From assembly GCF_030028105.1 (NCBI RefSeq), contig NC_092398.1:25001649-25065648 (forward strand): DNA of 64,000 nt, read 5' to 3'. Below the pieces are notes generated by a model. The model had not been told where the DNA came from. It saw only the letters and a program-made list of their open reading frames with translations, and searched no databases. The stretch comes from Mobula birostris. Its lineage: Eukaryota. The position numbers and the translations under genes were made by a program. Below are positions 1-12,228 of this stretch, in pieces. Each line of letters begins with the position of its first letter. Position 1 is the stretch's first letter.

Positions 1-129
1 ATCAAAGGTTACGGGGAGTGGGGCTGTCGCGGGGGCGGGGGGGTGGATCAGCCATGATTGAGTGGCAGAGCAGATTTGATGAGCCAAATAACATAATTCT
101 TCCCCCATGTGTTAGGATGTTATGTTATG

Positions 130-870
130 TCCAGCTATTTACCTACTCTAAGATTAATCCAACCCTTCCGTCCTACATAGCCCTCCATTGTTCTATCATC
201 CATTTGCCTGTCCAAGAGTTTCTTAAATGTCCCCAAAGTATGTGTGTCCACTACCACCCCGCTGATGCGTCCCGCGCACCCACCACTCTCTGTGTGAAAA
301 ACCTACCTCTGACATACCCTCTATACTTTCCTCTAATCTCCTTAAAATTATACCCCATCATATTAGGCATTTCCGCCCTGAGATAAAGCCTCTGGCTGTC
401 CACTCGATCGATGCATATTATCGTCTTGCGCACCTCTATCAGGTCACCTTTATCAGGTCCTTTGCTGCGGAGAGAAAAGCCCCAGCTTTCTGAACCTGTC
501 TTCATGCGACATGCTCTCTAATCCAGGCAGCATTCTGGTAAATCTTCTCTGCACCCTCTCTAAATGAAGTGGTCTGAACTAAACACAATGCTTCAAGTGT
601 GATCTAACTGGAGTTCTGTGGATATGAAACATTATCTGATGGATCTGAAACGTAATCCTCCGACTGATGACGGCCAATACTCCTTATGCTTTCTTCACCG
701 TTCTCTCGCCTTGCTACCGACTTTGAGGCATCTATGGGCTCCGTCTCTGTTCCTCCGCACTGCTAAAAGTTCTGACATAAACTCTGCCTTCAAGTTCAAC
801 CTTACAAAGTGAGTTATTTCACACTTTTCTGCGTAACACTCTGAGGTGTCAGAGTTCAGTGAATCAGCGA
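130..870 (-). mobile_element. CR1 3' fragment (equivalents ~27165-27900 and ~62950-63700)
   Basis: The unit-3 version reads VRPHLKYCVQF..LERVQRRFTRMLPGL..MRGDLIEV (ORF 63074-63547). Confidence 0.75.
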
Positions 871-1729
871 TGACAGACTCTTTGGAGAGGGTGCAGAAAA
901 TGGGGCAAGTACGACTCAAGGGTTGAAACGGCTTCTAGATGGGCACGGGATAGAGGTACAGGAGCAGTATGACTTGGTCTGGCAGCATGGGCACGGACCT
1001 CATCTCTCTGGCTGTGAAACTGCAGAGGACCCTGTCACCACCGGGGTCTCATCACAAAGACAACAGCCGTTTACAGTTTACTGTTTACCGTTTACCTCTG
1101 TTGAGCGCTACACCGACATTGAATTATACTTATAAACTTAACTGTGGCAATATTTTGTGTCATGCGCTGTGTATGATGTATATTTTGTATGTTTCCGTGG
1201 TCCCGGGGAGCAATGCTTCGTTTGATCGTATATATGTACCGCCAGATGATAACAAATGTGAACTTGAGAAGGCGAAAGGATAAGTGACGTGTAGAAGTTA
1301 AATATATCATGCACTGCGTGATTGTTGACTGGAAATCGTTGTCATACAGACTCATAGATGGTGATTTAAAGGAACATCTGAAAATATATGGACGGACACA
1401 AACGCAAGCGAAGGCTGGGGTGACAAGTGTATTTACCTATGACAGGATTGTGTTGAAAACTTGGCAGATGAAGGTTAATCCCGAATCAGTGGCCTGCTAC
1501 ACACTGTGCGTGGGGTGAGGTTAAATGCAATCATAAAGTATTTATTGAATGGACTGGATGCTTGGAAATGTTAATGAACAGTCGGAACTTTGGCTGGACC
1601 TCCATGTCTTTCTGAATGTAACATAGCACGGAGAGATGTTGGTAAAGAAGGAGTAAGCATCCTTCTCTTAAATGGCCGTATTTTTAGTGATGTTCAATAA
1701 GTCTTGCAGCACTGCGTGAATGATTGAAC

Positions 1730-2165
1730 GTCGATATCTCAGACTTCCAGTTCATTTTCCCCCTCTATTTTCCATTACTTTAATTCTCCACTCTGCCCCC
1801 ACTTACTTCCTCTCTCTTCTCCCGGCGCATTTCCTCCGCATACTGCCCCGTTCCTCTCTCCTGTGATCCACTCGCTTTTCCGATCTGATCCCTTCGTCTG
1901 CTATTTGTCTTCCACTTATCACCACCTAACATTGCTTCACACCCCTCTGGTATTCACTACTTTAACTGCCACTTTCTAGTCTGTACACATTCTCCTCCGT
2001 CCACCTCATTACTCTGATTTCTTTCCTCTTCCTTTCCAGTTTCGATGAAGGGTTCCGGAAAACTCGACTGTTTATTCATTTATATAGATTCTGCCTGAGC
2101 TAATGACCCCCCACGATTTTGTATGCGCTGCTGAGGATGCTTAGCATCTGCAAAATCTCTTCGCT
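1730..2165 (+). mobile_element. Probable Penelope-like element remnant with a decayed hammerhead-like motif (unit-2 copy ~28765-29200)
   Basis: CT-rich tract followed by ccagtttcgatgaagggttccggaaaactcgactgttt, similar to the CTGATGA-stem-GAAAC motif of Penelope pseudo-LTRs. Confidence 0.45.
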
Positions 2166-2579
2166 GCAGACATACGCACATTTGGACCGTCGTTCATTTG
2201 GTCTTCTAAGCATCACTTAGACAGATTATTGATTAAGCAGAGATTGACCATGGAGACGCACATGAGGAGTTTCAATTAGGGTTATTGTTGGCACCCCAAT
2301 CATGTGCCGAACGGTCTATTCCTGTGCTGGACTCATCTGTATTCATCATTTTCACCCACGTATTTATAAAATTGAGTTAAGTGCGGATTCTTTGATACGA
2401 TTACTGGGCCAGACAGCCCTGTTTCCCATACTTCTTGAGAGACAAACAGAATGATAGAATGCGGCATACAACTGCTGATATGCATTCCGCGACATAGAAG
2501 CTAGTCGTTTTTAAAGGAGCGGGAAGTTGAGGGAGGAAGTTACATTTCAAGACTATATTATTTTTTTTATTTATCGATA

Positions 2580-2760
2580 CAGCAGGGTTGCAGGGGTTCC
2601 CACCAGAACCTTCACGTCTTTGGAATGTGTATGCAACAGAGGCATCTGGAGTAAACCTCCGCCGTCGCCGATAGATCGTACAAAATTCATAGAGACAGCT
2701 GTGGGGACTGAAAGCGCGCCTCAGGCGCTGTGAAGCATTGTGCCAACCACTACGCTACGT
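2580..2760 (-). mobile_element. tRNA-derived V-SINE (HE1-like) fragment in the presumed GPCR 3' UTR (unit-2 copy ~29617-29797)
   Basis: Minus strand gtagcgtagtggttggcacaatgcttcacagcgcc (tRNA-like head) followed by a degenerate ...cacattccaaagacg core. Confidence 0.65.
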
Positions 2761-2792
2761 TTAATTGGTGGACTTAGTTTCCGATTAGCTTG

Positions 2793-4780
2793 TCACACCA
2801 GGCGAGAGAATGGAGATTTCAACACCTCCCGCATCTGCTCCCTGAACTTCTTCTGGGTCAAGGCGTAAAGAGCCGTGTTTGTGCAGCAGCTCAGAAGCTG
2901 CAGCATGTAGCCCAGCTCCCTCATGGTCGAAGGTGGGAACAAGGCATACCTCAGATATGATAAACGAAAAAAATATGATCGTATCCACACAGTATGCACA
3001 ACAAAAACCACCCACAACACGATGAAATTCGCCGACACGACCAACAGTAAAATGAGCGACTTCCTCCGGCTTTGCATCTCCGGGTCTTTGGAGCCATCCC
3101 CATTGCTGTTATTCCGGAGTCTCCTCCGAGATCTGCTCGCCACTACCACGTGTCTGATGGTCAAAGCATTGAGCAGCAGAACGACCACAAACGGGATCAC
3201 AGGCGTCAGAAAGAAGCTGCAAGACTCGACTACTGTCCATGCAACTGAGAACAGAACACCGTCTCTTCCGTGGCAAAACCAAGGGACGTTATTAAACTGG
3301 TAGCGTCCTGAGAGCAAAAAATACCAGAAAATGTTCTTTAAACAGCTCAGGGCGGCCACAGTCCACAGAACAACAGCCGCGGTTCTCTCGGTGCAGTATT
3401 TAGCTTTCAGATTCTGGTAGCGAATAGCCACGAATCGGTCGAAGGTGAACATGACGGTGAACCAGACGGAGCAGTCGTTGACTGTGTAACGTAGGACGGC
3501 GTGGATATTACACACGGGGATGTTCATCAGGAATATAAACGCTCCCCAAAAAACAATAGGAATCTGCCTCAATACCAGGTCAAAGACAACAACGAGAAGA
3601 TCCGCCATTGCCATGGCCATCAAGTAACGAGCGACGCCTTTCGAAAGACCGCACTTTCCCTGGGACAGGACCACAATCGTCAGCACGTTCACTATTGGGA
3701 TTGAAAGAAACACAAGCATGTTTGTGGGCAAGGAATAATGTCAGCACAGTCACAGACAGAAAGTATAGAAACATGTTTTTGAACCCAGAATGGAAGACTG
3801 CAGTTTTCCAGCATCAGCGATGTCTGCAGGTGACGAGGATTATAGCTCAGTGAAGTCGACAAAGAACTGGAAAATAACGTCACAACGCCAAACAACGAAC
3901 AGCTGAGAAAATGTGCTCTCGGATTTCGGTGAAGATGGATTTGAAATAGGGCTCGAAATTGGTCATTGAATTGGAATTGCTTTACTATTACGGAAGTGGC
4001 ATCACAAGGGTACAGGGAAACACGCGTCTCCACAATATGCATACAGATCAATTCTTTACTCAGTGCTTTGAGGCGTGACGTAATATCAGCTCAGGCTCTC
4101 CACTTCTTCTGCCGGTCTTTTAAATTTATACAATATTTCGGAAGCCATCCATTTTATACTGCAGTCCAAATTGGGAGTTCGGTATCTAAAGCTGCAAGGG
4201 AGGCTTACTCAGTTGAAAATTTTAAACGCCAGCTCAGAAGATCTTTATTTAACCTTGATTTTAAAAGGAATTATTTTGTCTGCTCTTTTCATGTTATTTC
4301 TGTTTGTATTATAAAAGCACATTAAAACTTCGCCTATTTGGAAAGTGCTCTAATTATTATTATTATTATTATTATTGTTGCTGTTTTTGTTGTTGTGATT
4401 GTTGTTGTTTAAAGAAAAAAAACAGGGAGATAAATGTTATTGACCGAGTCTGTCAATGTATTACAGGATCATCATCAAAAGTTCAGTTAGTGAGGACGAT
4501 GGACTGCGTTAACCGGAAAATATCATTAAATTGCAAACTATCAAATCTGTTTACAGGAACCCGTGATCACTGCTTCTCCTTCTCTGGTCAGCAACTTACC
4601 GGGAAATGCAACCAAAGCGAGAAGGGGATAGTAGATGGGCTGAATTGTCCGGAGTAAATACCAGATCCGTCTGTCTGCTTGTATCCAAGGGTCATTCGAA
4701 AAAATATAGGGAGCCAGGCTGAAGACACCCTTCTCTGTCCCTGGAACATTCCATGTTCCTATTTCTCGTTCCTGAACCAT
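2793..4780 (-). CDS. Two-exon rhodopsin-class GPCR, GPR139/GPR142-like, 359 aa; exon 1 4780-4600, exon 2 3691-2793
   Basis: Exon 1 (181 nt, MVQERE...IYYPLLALVAFP) ends CCC G|gtaag. The acceptor is caatag|TG AAC at 3691. The joined CDS is 1080 nt and in frame. It has seven hydrophobic segments, TM2 AMADL, TM3 FDRF, ECL2 PWFC and TM7 NTALY. TM1 IYYPLLALVAFPVNVLTIVVLS resembles GPR139 [22 protein letters not shown] (recalled). No symbol given because one-to-one orthology is not shown. Confidence 0.92.
4353..4390. repeat. (ATT)n/(TTG)n microsatellite in the GPCR intron; length differs in unit 2
   Basis: attattatt... followed by gttgtt. Confidence 0.8.
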
Positions 4781-6184
4781 TGCCCGTCACCGTTCCCAGA
4801 TTCCAGTCGGTGACCGGCGATTCTCACGCTGCACATGTGACAGTTCACGTAAAATTCCACTTTGATATTCGCAGTTCCCCAATTTTTGTCTTCCGCTGTC
4901 GAGCCACTGCGGTCTGTGTGTGACGGAGGTGTTGTTCTCGCTAACACTATGAAACTTAATCGAAAGGAGCAATTTTAAATAGAGCTGCTAATCCCCGAGT
5001 GAGACAACCAGGCTCCATACGGGCTGACGTTAATTAACAAACATCTACGGTTAACCCCTTTGGATCCGGATCGCGGGTGCCAAAGGTAAAACGAATTATT
5101 AAACAGGGTGGTGATGTCTAGGATATATGTCCACCGATCTCGGACATTGGTTCTGCATTATCTTGCAGGAGACAGAATAGCCTGCAAGCACGTACCATTT
5201 GGCTCAGTAACAGCTTCAATCACGACATTATTAAAATATTCAACCCTTCCCCCTGACGATTAGATGGACTCTTGATATTGCAATCTGCCTCACTCTGACT
5301 TTGCAATTTGTTGTTCCCTTGCGCCGCACCTTCTCTGTAACTGCAGCACTTTATTCTGCATTCTGTCATTGTATGACCCGGAAATCAATGCACTGAGGCA
5401 ATCATTCTTTTTTTTTTTGAATGAGGAGTGTGTAAAACAAGGTTGTTTTCTTTTCCCAGCATCGACAAATACAATGAAGTCCCGTGTACCATCAGTGTCC
5501 CACCAGGCAAGATGCTGCGCAGTGTCCTCACCAGGACCAGCAGTATCTAAAACAGTTACTTTCTCCAGACAGTAAGGTTGATCGACACTTATACCGACCA
5601 ACACATTCCACCAGCTCCCTCTACCATCCAGCACCACAACTTTATCATTTCCTATCAGTAAACATGTGAACAGCCCTTAGAGTCACGTTGTAGACATATC
5701 AATCTCTGAATATGAACTATATATGTATTTATATTCATTGTCCTTTTTATTACTGTGCTCTTTCCCCTATTGTGTTTTTTGGCGCTGCAATGGATCCGGA
5801 GTAACAACTGTTTCGTTCTCCTTTGCGCTTGTGTAATGGAAATAATACTGAACAATTCTGAATCTTGAATAATAAACCCATTTACTAATTGAGCACTCTG
5901 CAGTGTGATGGACCAATCGGTTAGAGAGCGGCTTGCAGGTCTGATGAAAGGCTCAGAGGGGATCCTTTCTTTCGACGGGAGGAGGCTGATGGAAACCTTG
6001 CAACTTTGCTCCAGCTAATCTGACGTCACTGCGTCGGCGATGAAGGAGTGGTTCATGTTGTATCGGATGAGTGACAATTCGGAAATTATGCGGTCGAAAT
6101 TGCTTTATTTATGAAAGAGATTTGGACCAAATCTGTATTAAAGTTCAACATATATTAAATCCCGTTTAAACGCCCATCCACTCG

Positions 6185-6640
6185 ACTGAAACAATGACAA
6201 CAAACACAGACTGTTGGAGGAGCTCGGCAGATCAGGCAGCCTATGTGGAAGTGAATAAACAGTGGACGTTTCCGGTCGAGAACTTTCATCTGGACCGAAG
6301 ATGAAGCAGGCACACGCCAGAAGAAATGGTGAGGGAGGGGATAAGAAATACAGACCGGTATGAGATACTTGTAGCCAAGTGAGCGGGTAAATGGGTGGGT
6401 GGGGAAGAGGGATGAAGTAAAGACGTTGTCGTTGATATTTGGAAAAAATAAGAGCAAGAGAAGAAGGAATCTGATAAGAGAGGGGAATAGACCATAGGGG
6501 AAATTGAAGGAGGTGGTCACAAGGGGGAGGTGATCTGCTTGTGAGGGAATGAAGGAAGAGTGGTGTCAGAATGGATAATTGAAGAAAAGGGAAGGGGAGG
6601 GGAGAAAATTATCGGAAAACATTAAAAAATTGACATTTTT
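6185..6640 (-). mobile_element. Second probable Penelope-like remnant, inverted (unit-2 copy ~33222-33677)
   Basis: Minus strand ccagatgaaagttctcgaccggaaacgtccactgtttatt, after a CT-rich tract. Confidence 0.45.
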
Positions 6641-7693
6641 CTTTTTATGCACCTACCATATCAAAAATATTTCCACGATTAAACCGGTTAGTACATCTGA
6701 TGTGCTGCGTTTGGATCACATCGCAGGAAAATATAAGTAAGCCTACCAATATTTCGTCATAACCTGCAACCCAACAGATTGCCCAGAGATTCTCCTCCGC
6801 AATGCTTTGCATCCTCCTGTACAACGGTGACCAGAATTACCCACAGTACTCTACAAGCGGGCAACGTAATGTTATGCACATATCTTCATTATGATGCTAT
6901 AATTTGTGGGTTCAATACCTCACCCTGGGTCCCTTTCACTTTCCAGTTTTACCCTTTATACTCACAGGTACGCCCTGTCCTTCGCCTGTTGATCACTATG
7001 TTAACACTCTCTCACTCGCCGTCTCTTCTTTCTGTTCGACTGCTGCTAGTTGTCGACGAAATGTCTGGATATTATCCCTGCTCTAGTTTATGGGCACAAC
7101 GCTGTGAACCTTCATCGTTATTCGCGCCTGTGTTTCCTTTTCTTACAATTCTCCACCCTCTCTATCCTTACCCTCTCTCCTTGTCCCTGACTCTCACTCT
7201 CTCTCTCTCTCTAGCTGTGCTCCAGACCCCCTTGCTGTGTTGGCATCCATTGTGCGCACACCAGACAGCAGTACAAATGGGGCTCTATGTTGAGGGATGT
7301 GTGCACACAGAACAAACAAGCGCAAAGCGGCGGTGTAGAGAGGACTCAAGTGCACTGGGGACAGTTTTCGGATGTGTCTGTACAGACCGGACCAGTTAAC
7401 GATGAAATTTCTTTTGCCACACCTGCCATTGGAAAACATACTTCCGTGATTAATCCCGTCTGTGCATTTCATCAACTGATGTATTTCCTTCGGGTCACCT
7501 TGCACGGAAGTTACGATCAACCTGTCCAATAGAGAGAGTCGTGGTGTAATAGAAAAGTACAGCACAGGAGAAGACCCTTCGGCCAATCTAGTCTGAGCCG
7601 AACCAATTAAACTTCTACTCCCCTCGACCTACACGCCTATCACAGCCCTCCCTAACCCAGGTATCCGATTATCTATCAAAGCGTCTCTCAGAC

Positions 7694-8851
7694 CAGAGGT
7701 TCGCAACCATCGGGCCGCAGATCGGTACCGGGCCGCAAAGCATGTGCTACCGGGCCGCGAGGAAACCTTTCCTCATTCCCTGTCACGTACTTTTGAGCCA
7801 TTACGCATGCGAGGTCATTAACCGCGCTTCATCCATCTCACCGCGGGAAGGAGATCAATTCCCCGAGCTTGCAAATGACGGCAGGCTGAAAAGTATGTTT
7901 GACATAACATCTCAGCCAGCATTCTAGATCAAAGTCAAGGCTAGATAACCTGAGATAGCCACGAAAGCACTGAAAACGCTGCTTCCATTTCCAAACTATC
8001 TCTGCGAAGCAGGCTTTTCTGCAATGAATGCAACGAAAACTAAATTGCGGAATAGACTGGACATAAGTAACCCCCTTCGAGTACCGCTGTCTCCCATCAC
8101 TCCTCGATAGGACCGTCTCCTTGCAGGGAAACAAGCGCAGGGCTCCCAATGATTCACCGATATTGGCGTGTTGCAATGATTCTATATGTTCATACGGGGA
8201 AAATATGTGTTGTGTGTTTAATATCCAAACGTTACTTAGAATGTTATGATGCTATTGACTTATATAACCACATAACAATTACAGCACAGAAACAAACTAC
8301 CTCTGCCCTTCTCGTCCGTGCTGAACGCTTACCCTCACCTAGTCCCAACGTTCAGCACTCAGCCCACAACCTGTCCTTTCCTGTCCATATATCTATGCAT
8401 TTTTTCTATAAATGATAATATCGAACCTGCCTCTACCACTTCTACTGGAATCTCCTTCAACACTTACTTCAAGCTCCCCTGTCCTCCCCTGATAACTGAT
8501 TTATCACTATATTCATGCGAGGAAAATATGCGCTGTGTGTTTAATATTAAATTCGCCAGATAAACCCTTTTAGAAAGGAAATTGAGTGTATTAGGCACTT
8601 ATTACCGATATTCCGGATGTGGTTCCCCCGCACCGCCGAACAGAATCGCCAAAAGCAATTTGTAGGGGAAAAAATCGTCACGTAAACGCATTCGCACTGG
8701 TGCCCGCACAAGGCTTCATTCTCATTGAAGTCTTTTTCGGGTAAACACAACGTATTTGTCTGCTACTCTTGTCCGTTGCCAATCCTACTCCCCACCACCA
8801 CTCCAGCCCCCCAGTCGGCCGGTCCGCAGTGCAAAAATTTGGGGACCCCTG
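7694..8851 (+). mobile_element. Non-autonomous Charlie-type hAT with a transposase C-terminal remnant and an embedded CR1 3' tail
   Basis: Ends CAGAGGTTCGCAAC / TTTGGGGACCCCTG. YLCEAGFSAMNATKTKLRNRLD at ~8000-8060. CR1 tail on the minus strand at ~8290-8500. No matching TSD found. Confidence 0.8.
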
Positions 8852-9169
8852 ATCGTTTGCAGTGCTTTGCTGTTTGAAAGAAGATTCCAGGAAGTGAGTG
8901 CAAGCTCGAACGACCTTAAAGTGAAACAGTTTAGAGGTGGTGCGCCAGCCAATGATAGACTCCATTTCGCCGATTAAAGCATCGAGGAAGATTGAAATCA
9001 AGGCGAGTGCAGAAAGTGAGTGAGGGTTTAAAACTGACTGCTGTTTGATCGCAGGGACGGATCTCTCTGTTGTCAGATGAGTTGTGTAGTACCTTTCACT
9101 CACTGTTACCGGAGGGTAGGCCTCTGTGCTTCAGTGGTCTCTCTATCTCCATCTCTTGACGTTGGTCAG

Positions 9170-11836
9170 AGGACATAAGCCGGGTAGCTGTGGAATCGAT
9201 ATGGGTAGGGCTGCGTAACACTAAGGGGCAGAAGACGATGGTGGGAGTTGTGTACAGGCCACCTAACAGTAGTAGTGAGGTCGGAGATGGTATTAAACAG
9301 GAAATTAGAAATGTGTGCAATAAAGGAACAGCAGTTACAATGGGTGACTTCAATCTACATGTAGATTGGGTGAACCAAATTGGTAAAGGTGCTGAGGAAG
9401 AGGATTTCTTGGAATGTATGCGGGATGGTTTTTTGAGCCAAAATGTCGAGGAACCAACTGGAGAGCAGGCTATTCTGGACTGGGTTCTGAGCAATGAGGA
9501 AGGGTTAATTAGCAATCTTGTCGTGAGAGGCCCTTTGGGTAAGAGTGACCATAATATGGTGGAATTCTTCATTAAGATGGAGAGTGACATAGTTAATTCA
9601 GAAACAAAGCTTCTGAATTTAAGGAGGGGTAACTTTGAAGGTATGAGACGTGAATTCGCTAAGATAGACTGGCAAATGACACTTAAAGGATTGACGGTGG
9701 ATATGCAATGGCAAGCATTTAAAGGTTGCATGGATGAACTACAACAATTGTTCATCCCAGTTTGGCAAAAGAATAAATCAAGGAAGGTAGTGCACCCGTG
9801 GCTGACAAGAGAAATTAGGATAGTATCAATTCCAAAGAAGAAGCATACAAATTAGCCAGAAAAAGTAGCTCACCTGAGGACTGGGAAAAATTCAGAGTTC
9901 AGCAGAGGAGGACAAAGGGCTTAATTAGGAAGGGGAAAAAAGATTATGAGAGAAAACTGGCAGGGAACATAAAAACTGACTGTAAAAGCTTTTATAGATA
10001 TGCAAAAAGGAAAAGACTGGTAAAGACAAATGTAGGTCCCCTACAGACAGCAACAGGTGAAATGATTATGGGGAGCAAAGACATGGCAGACCAATTGAAT
10101 AATTACTTTGGTTCTGTTTTCACTAAGGAGGACATAAATAATCTTCCAGAAATAGTAGGGGACAGAGGATCTAGTGAGATGGAGGAACTGAGCGAAATAC
10201 ATGTTAGTAGGGAAGTGGTGTGAGGCAAATTGAAGGGATTAAAGGCAGATAAATCCGCAGGGCCAGATGATCTGCATCCCAGAGTGCTTCAGGAATTAGC
10301 CCAAGAAATAGTGGATGCATTAGTGATAATTTTTCAAAACTCTTCAGATTCTGGACTAGTTCTTGAGGATTGGAGGGTGGTTAATGTAACCTCACTTTTT
10401 AAAAAAGCAGGGAGAGAGAAACTGGGGAATTATAGACCGGTTAGCCTAACATCGGTGGTGGGGAAAATGCTAGAGTCAGTTACCAAAGATGAGATAACAG
10501 CACATTTGGAGAGTGGTGAAATCATCGGACAAAGTTAGCATGGATTTGTGAAAGGAAAATCATGTCTGATGAATCTCATAGAATTTTTTGAGGATGTAAC
10601 TAGTAGAGTGGACAGGGGGAGAACCAGTGCATGTGGAATATTTGGATTTTCAAAAGGCTTTTGACAAGGTCCCACACAGGAGATTAGTGTGCAAACTTAA
10701 AGCACACGGTATTGGGGGTAAGGTATTGACGTGGATGGAGAATTGGTTAGCAGACAGGAAGCAAAGAGTGGGAATAAACGGGACCTTTTCAGAATGGCAG
10801 GCGGTGACTAGTGGGTACCGCAAGGCTCAGTGCTCGGACCCCAGTTGTTTACAATATATATTAATGACTTGGATGAGGGAATTAAATGCAGCATCTCCAA
10901 GTTTGCGGATGACACGAAGCTGGGTGGCAGTGTTAGCTGTGAGGAGGATGCTAAGAGAATGCGGAGTGACTTGGATAGGTTGGGTGAGTGGGCAAATTCA
11001 TGGCAGATGCAATTTAATGTGGATAAATGTGAAGTTATCCACTTTGGTGGCAAAAATAGGAAAACAGATTATTATCTGAATGGTGGCCGATTAGGAAAAG
11101 GGGAGGTGCAACGAGACCTGGGTGTCATTATACACCAGTCATTGAAAGTGGGCATGCAGGTACAGCAGGCGGTGAAAAAGGCGAATGGTATGCTGGCATT
11201 TATAGCGAGAGGATTCGAGTACAGTAGCATGGTGGTACTACTGCAGTTGTACAAGGCCTTGGTGAGACCACACCTGGAGTCTTGTGTGCAGTTTTGGTCC
11301 CCTAATCTGAGGAAAGATAACCTTGCCATAGAGGGAGTACAAAGAAGGTTCACCAGATTGATTCTTGGGATGGCAGGACTTTCATATGAAGAAAGACTGG
11401 ATGAACTGGGCTTGTACTCGTTGAAATTTAGAAGATTGAGGAGGTATCTGATTGAAACGTATAAAATCCTAAAGGGATTGGACAGGCTAGATGCAGGAAG
11501 ATTGTTCCCGATGTTGGGGAAGTCCAGAACAAGGGGTCACAGTTTGAGAATAAAGGGGAAGCCTTTTAGGACCGAGATTAGGAAAAACTTCTTCACACAG
11601 AGAGTGGTGAATCTGTGGAATTCTCTGCCACAGGAAACAGTTGAGGCCAGTTCATTGGCTATATTTAAGAGGGAGTGAGATATGGCCCTTGTGGCTACGG
11701 GGATCAGGGGGTATGGAGGGAAGGCTGGGGCGGGTTTCTGAGTTGGATGATCAGCCATGATCATAATAAATGGCGGTGCAGGCTCGAAGGGCCGAATGGC
11801 CTACTCCTGCATTAATTTACTATGTTTCTATGTTTC
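9170..11836 (+). mobile_element. 5'-truncated CR1 LINE (endonuclease + RT pseudogene, 3' UTR, (ctatgttt)n tail)
   Basis: ESIWV..VGVVYRPP..MGDFN..SDHN endonuclease, YRPVSLTS, DFQKAFDKV and KFADDTKL. Stops and frameshifts (e.g. 9853, 10221, 10536) are shared with unit 2. Confidence 0.93.
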
Positions 11837-12228
11837 GATGATATTACTGGGGCTCTGCATTTATGCACTGGACGATGAAGTTGTTCGGTCTTATGATGTT
11901 TATATTCTCTGTTTTCGTCAGTTATTTCTCGTTATTGTGTGGCGTGTTTTGTTACTTCTTTGTGTGAGCGAAAGGAGTTTGGAGTTTGATGTTCTTGTTC
12001 TTGACAGTTTTTTTTGTGCGCGTGTAGGTTTTGATGTTTATCTTTGAATTATTTCCATGCATTTCTTTGTACTGTGGCTATCTGGAGAAGCCAAATCTCA
12101 GAGTTGCACACTGAGTACATAATTTAATAATAAATGAACCTTTGAACGATTTTTGATGCCTGACGGGGCGATTTGTGTATCTCAGAGAATGTTGAGCTCA
12201 TGGGATTATCAGGCACGAGTCTCTAGAG

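Noticed and set aside
2793-3731. The 312-aa single-exon GPCR ORF starting MPTNML as given in the ORF track
   Set aside because: The first 13 codons are intronic (pyrimidine-rich acceptor region) and TM1 is incomplete. The real start is in exon 1 at 4780.
5935-6000. Perfect CTGATGA as a possible intact hammerhead ribozyme
   Set aside because: No GAAA follows the candidate stem II and the surrounding pairings do not fit hammerhead topology.
5900-6030. CCAAT plus TGACGTCA as an MHC SXY or GPCR promoter module
   Set aside because: The spacing (~110 bp) does not match X2-Y geometry, and isolated short motifs are expected by chance.
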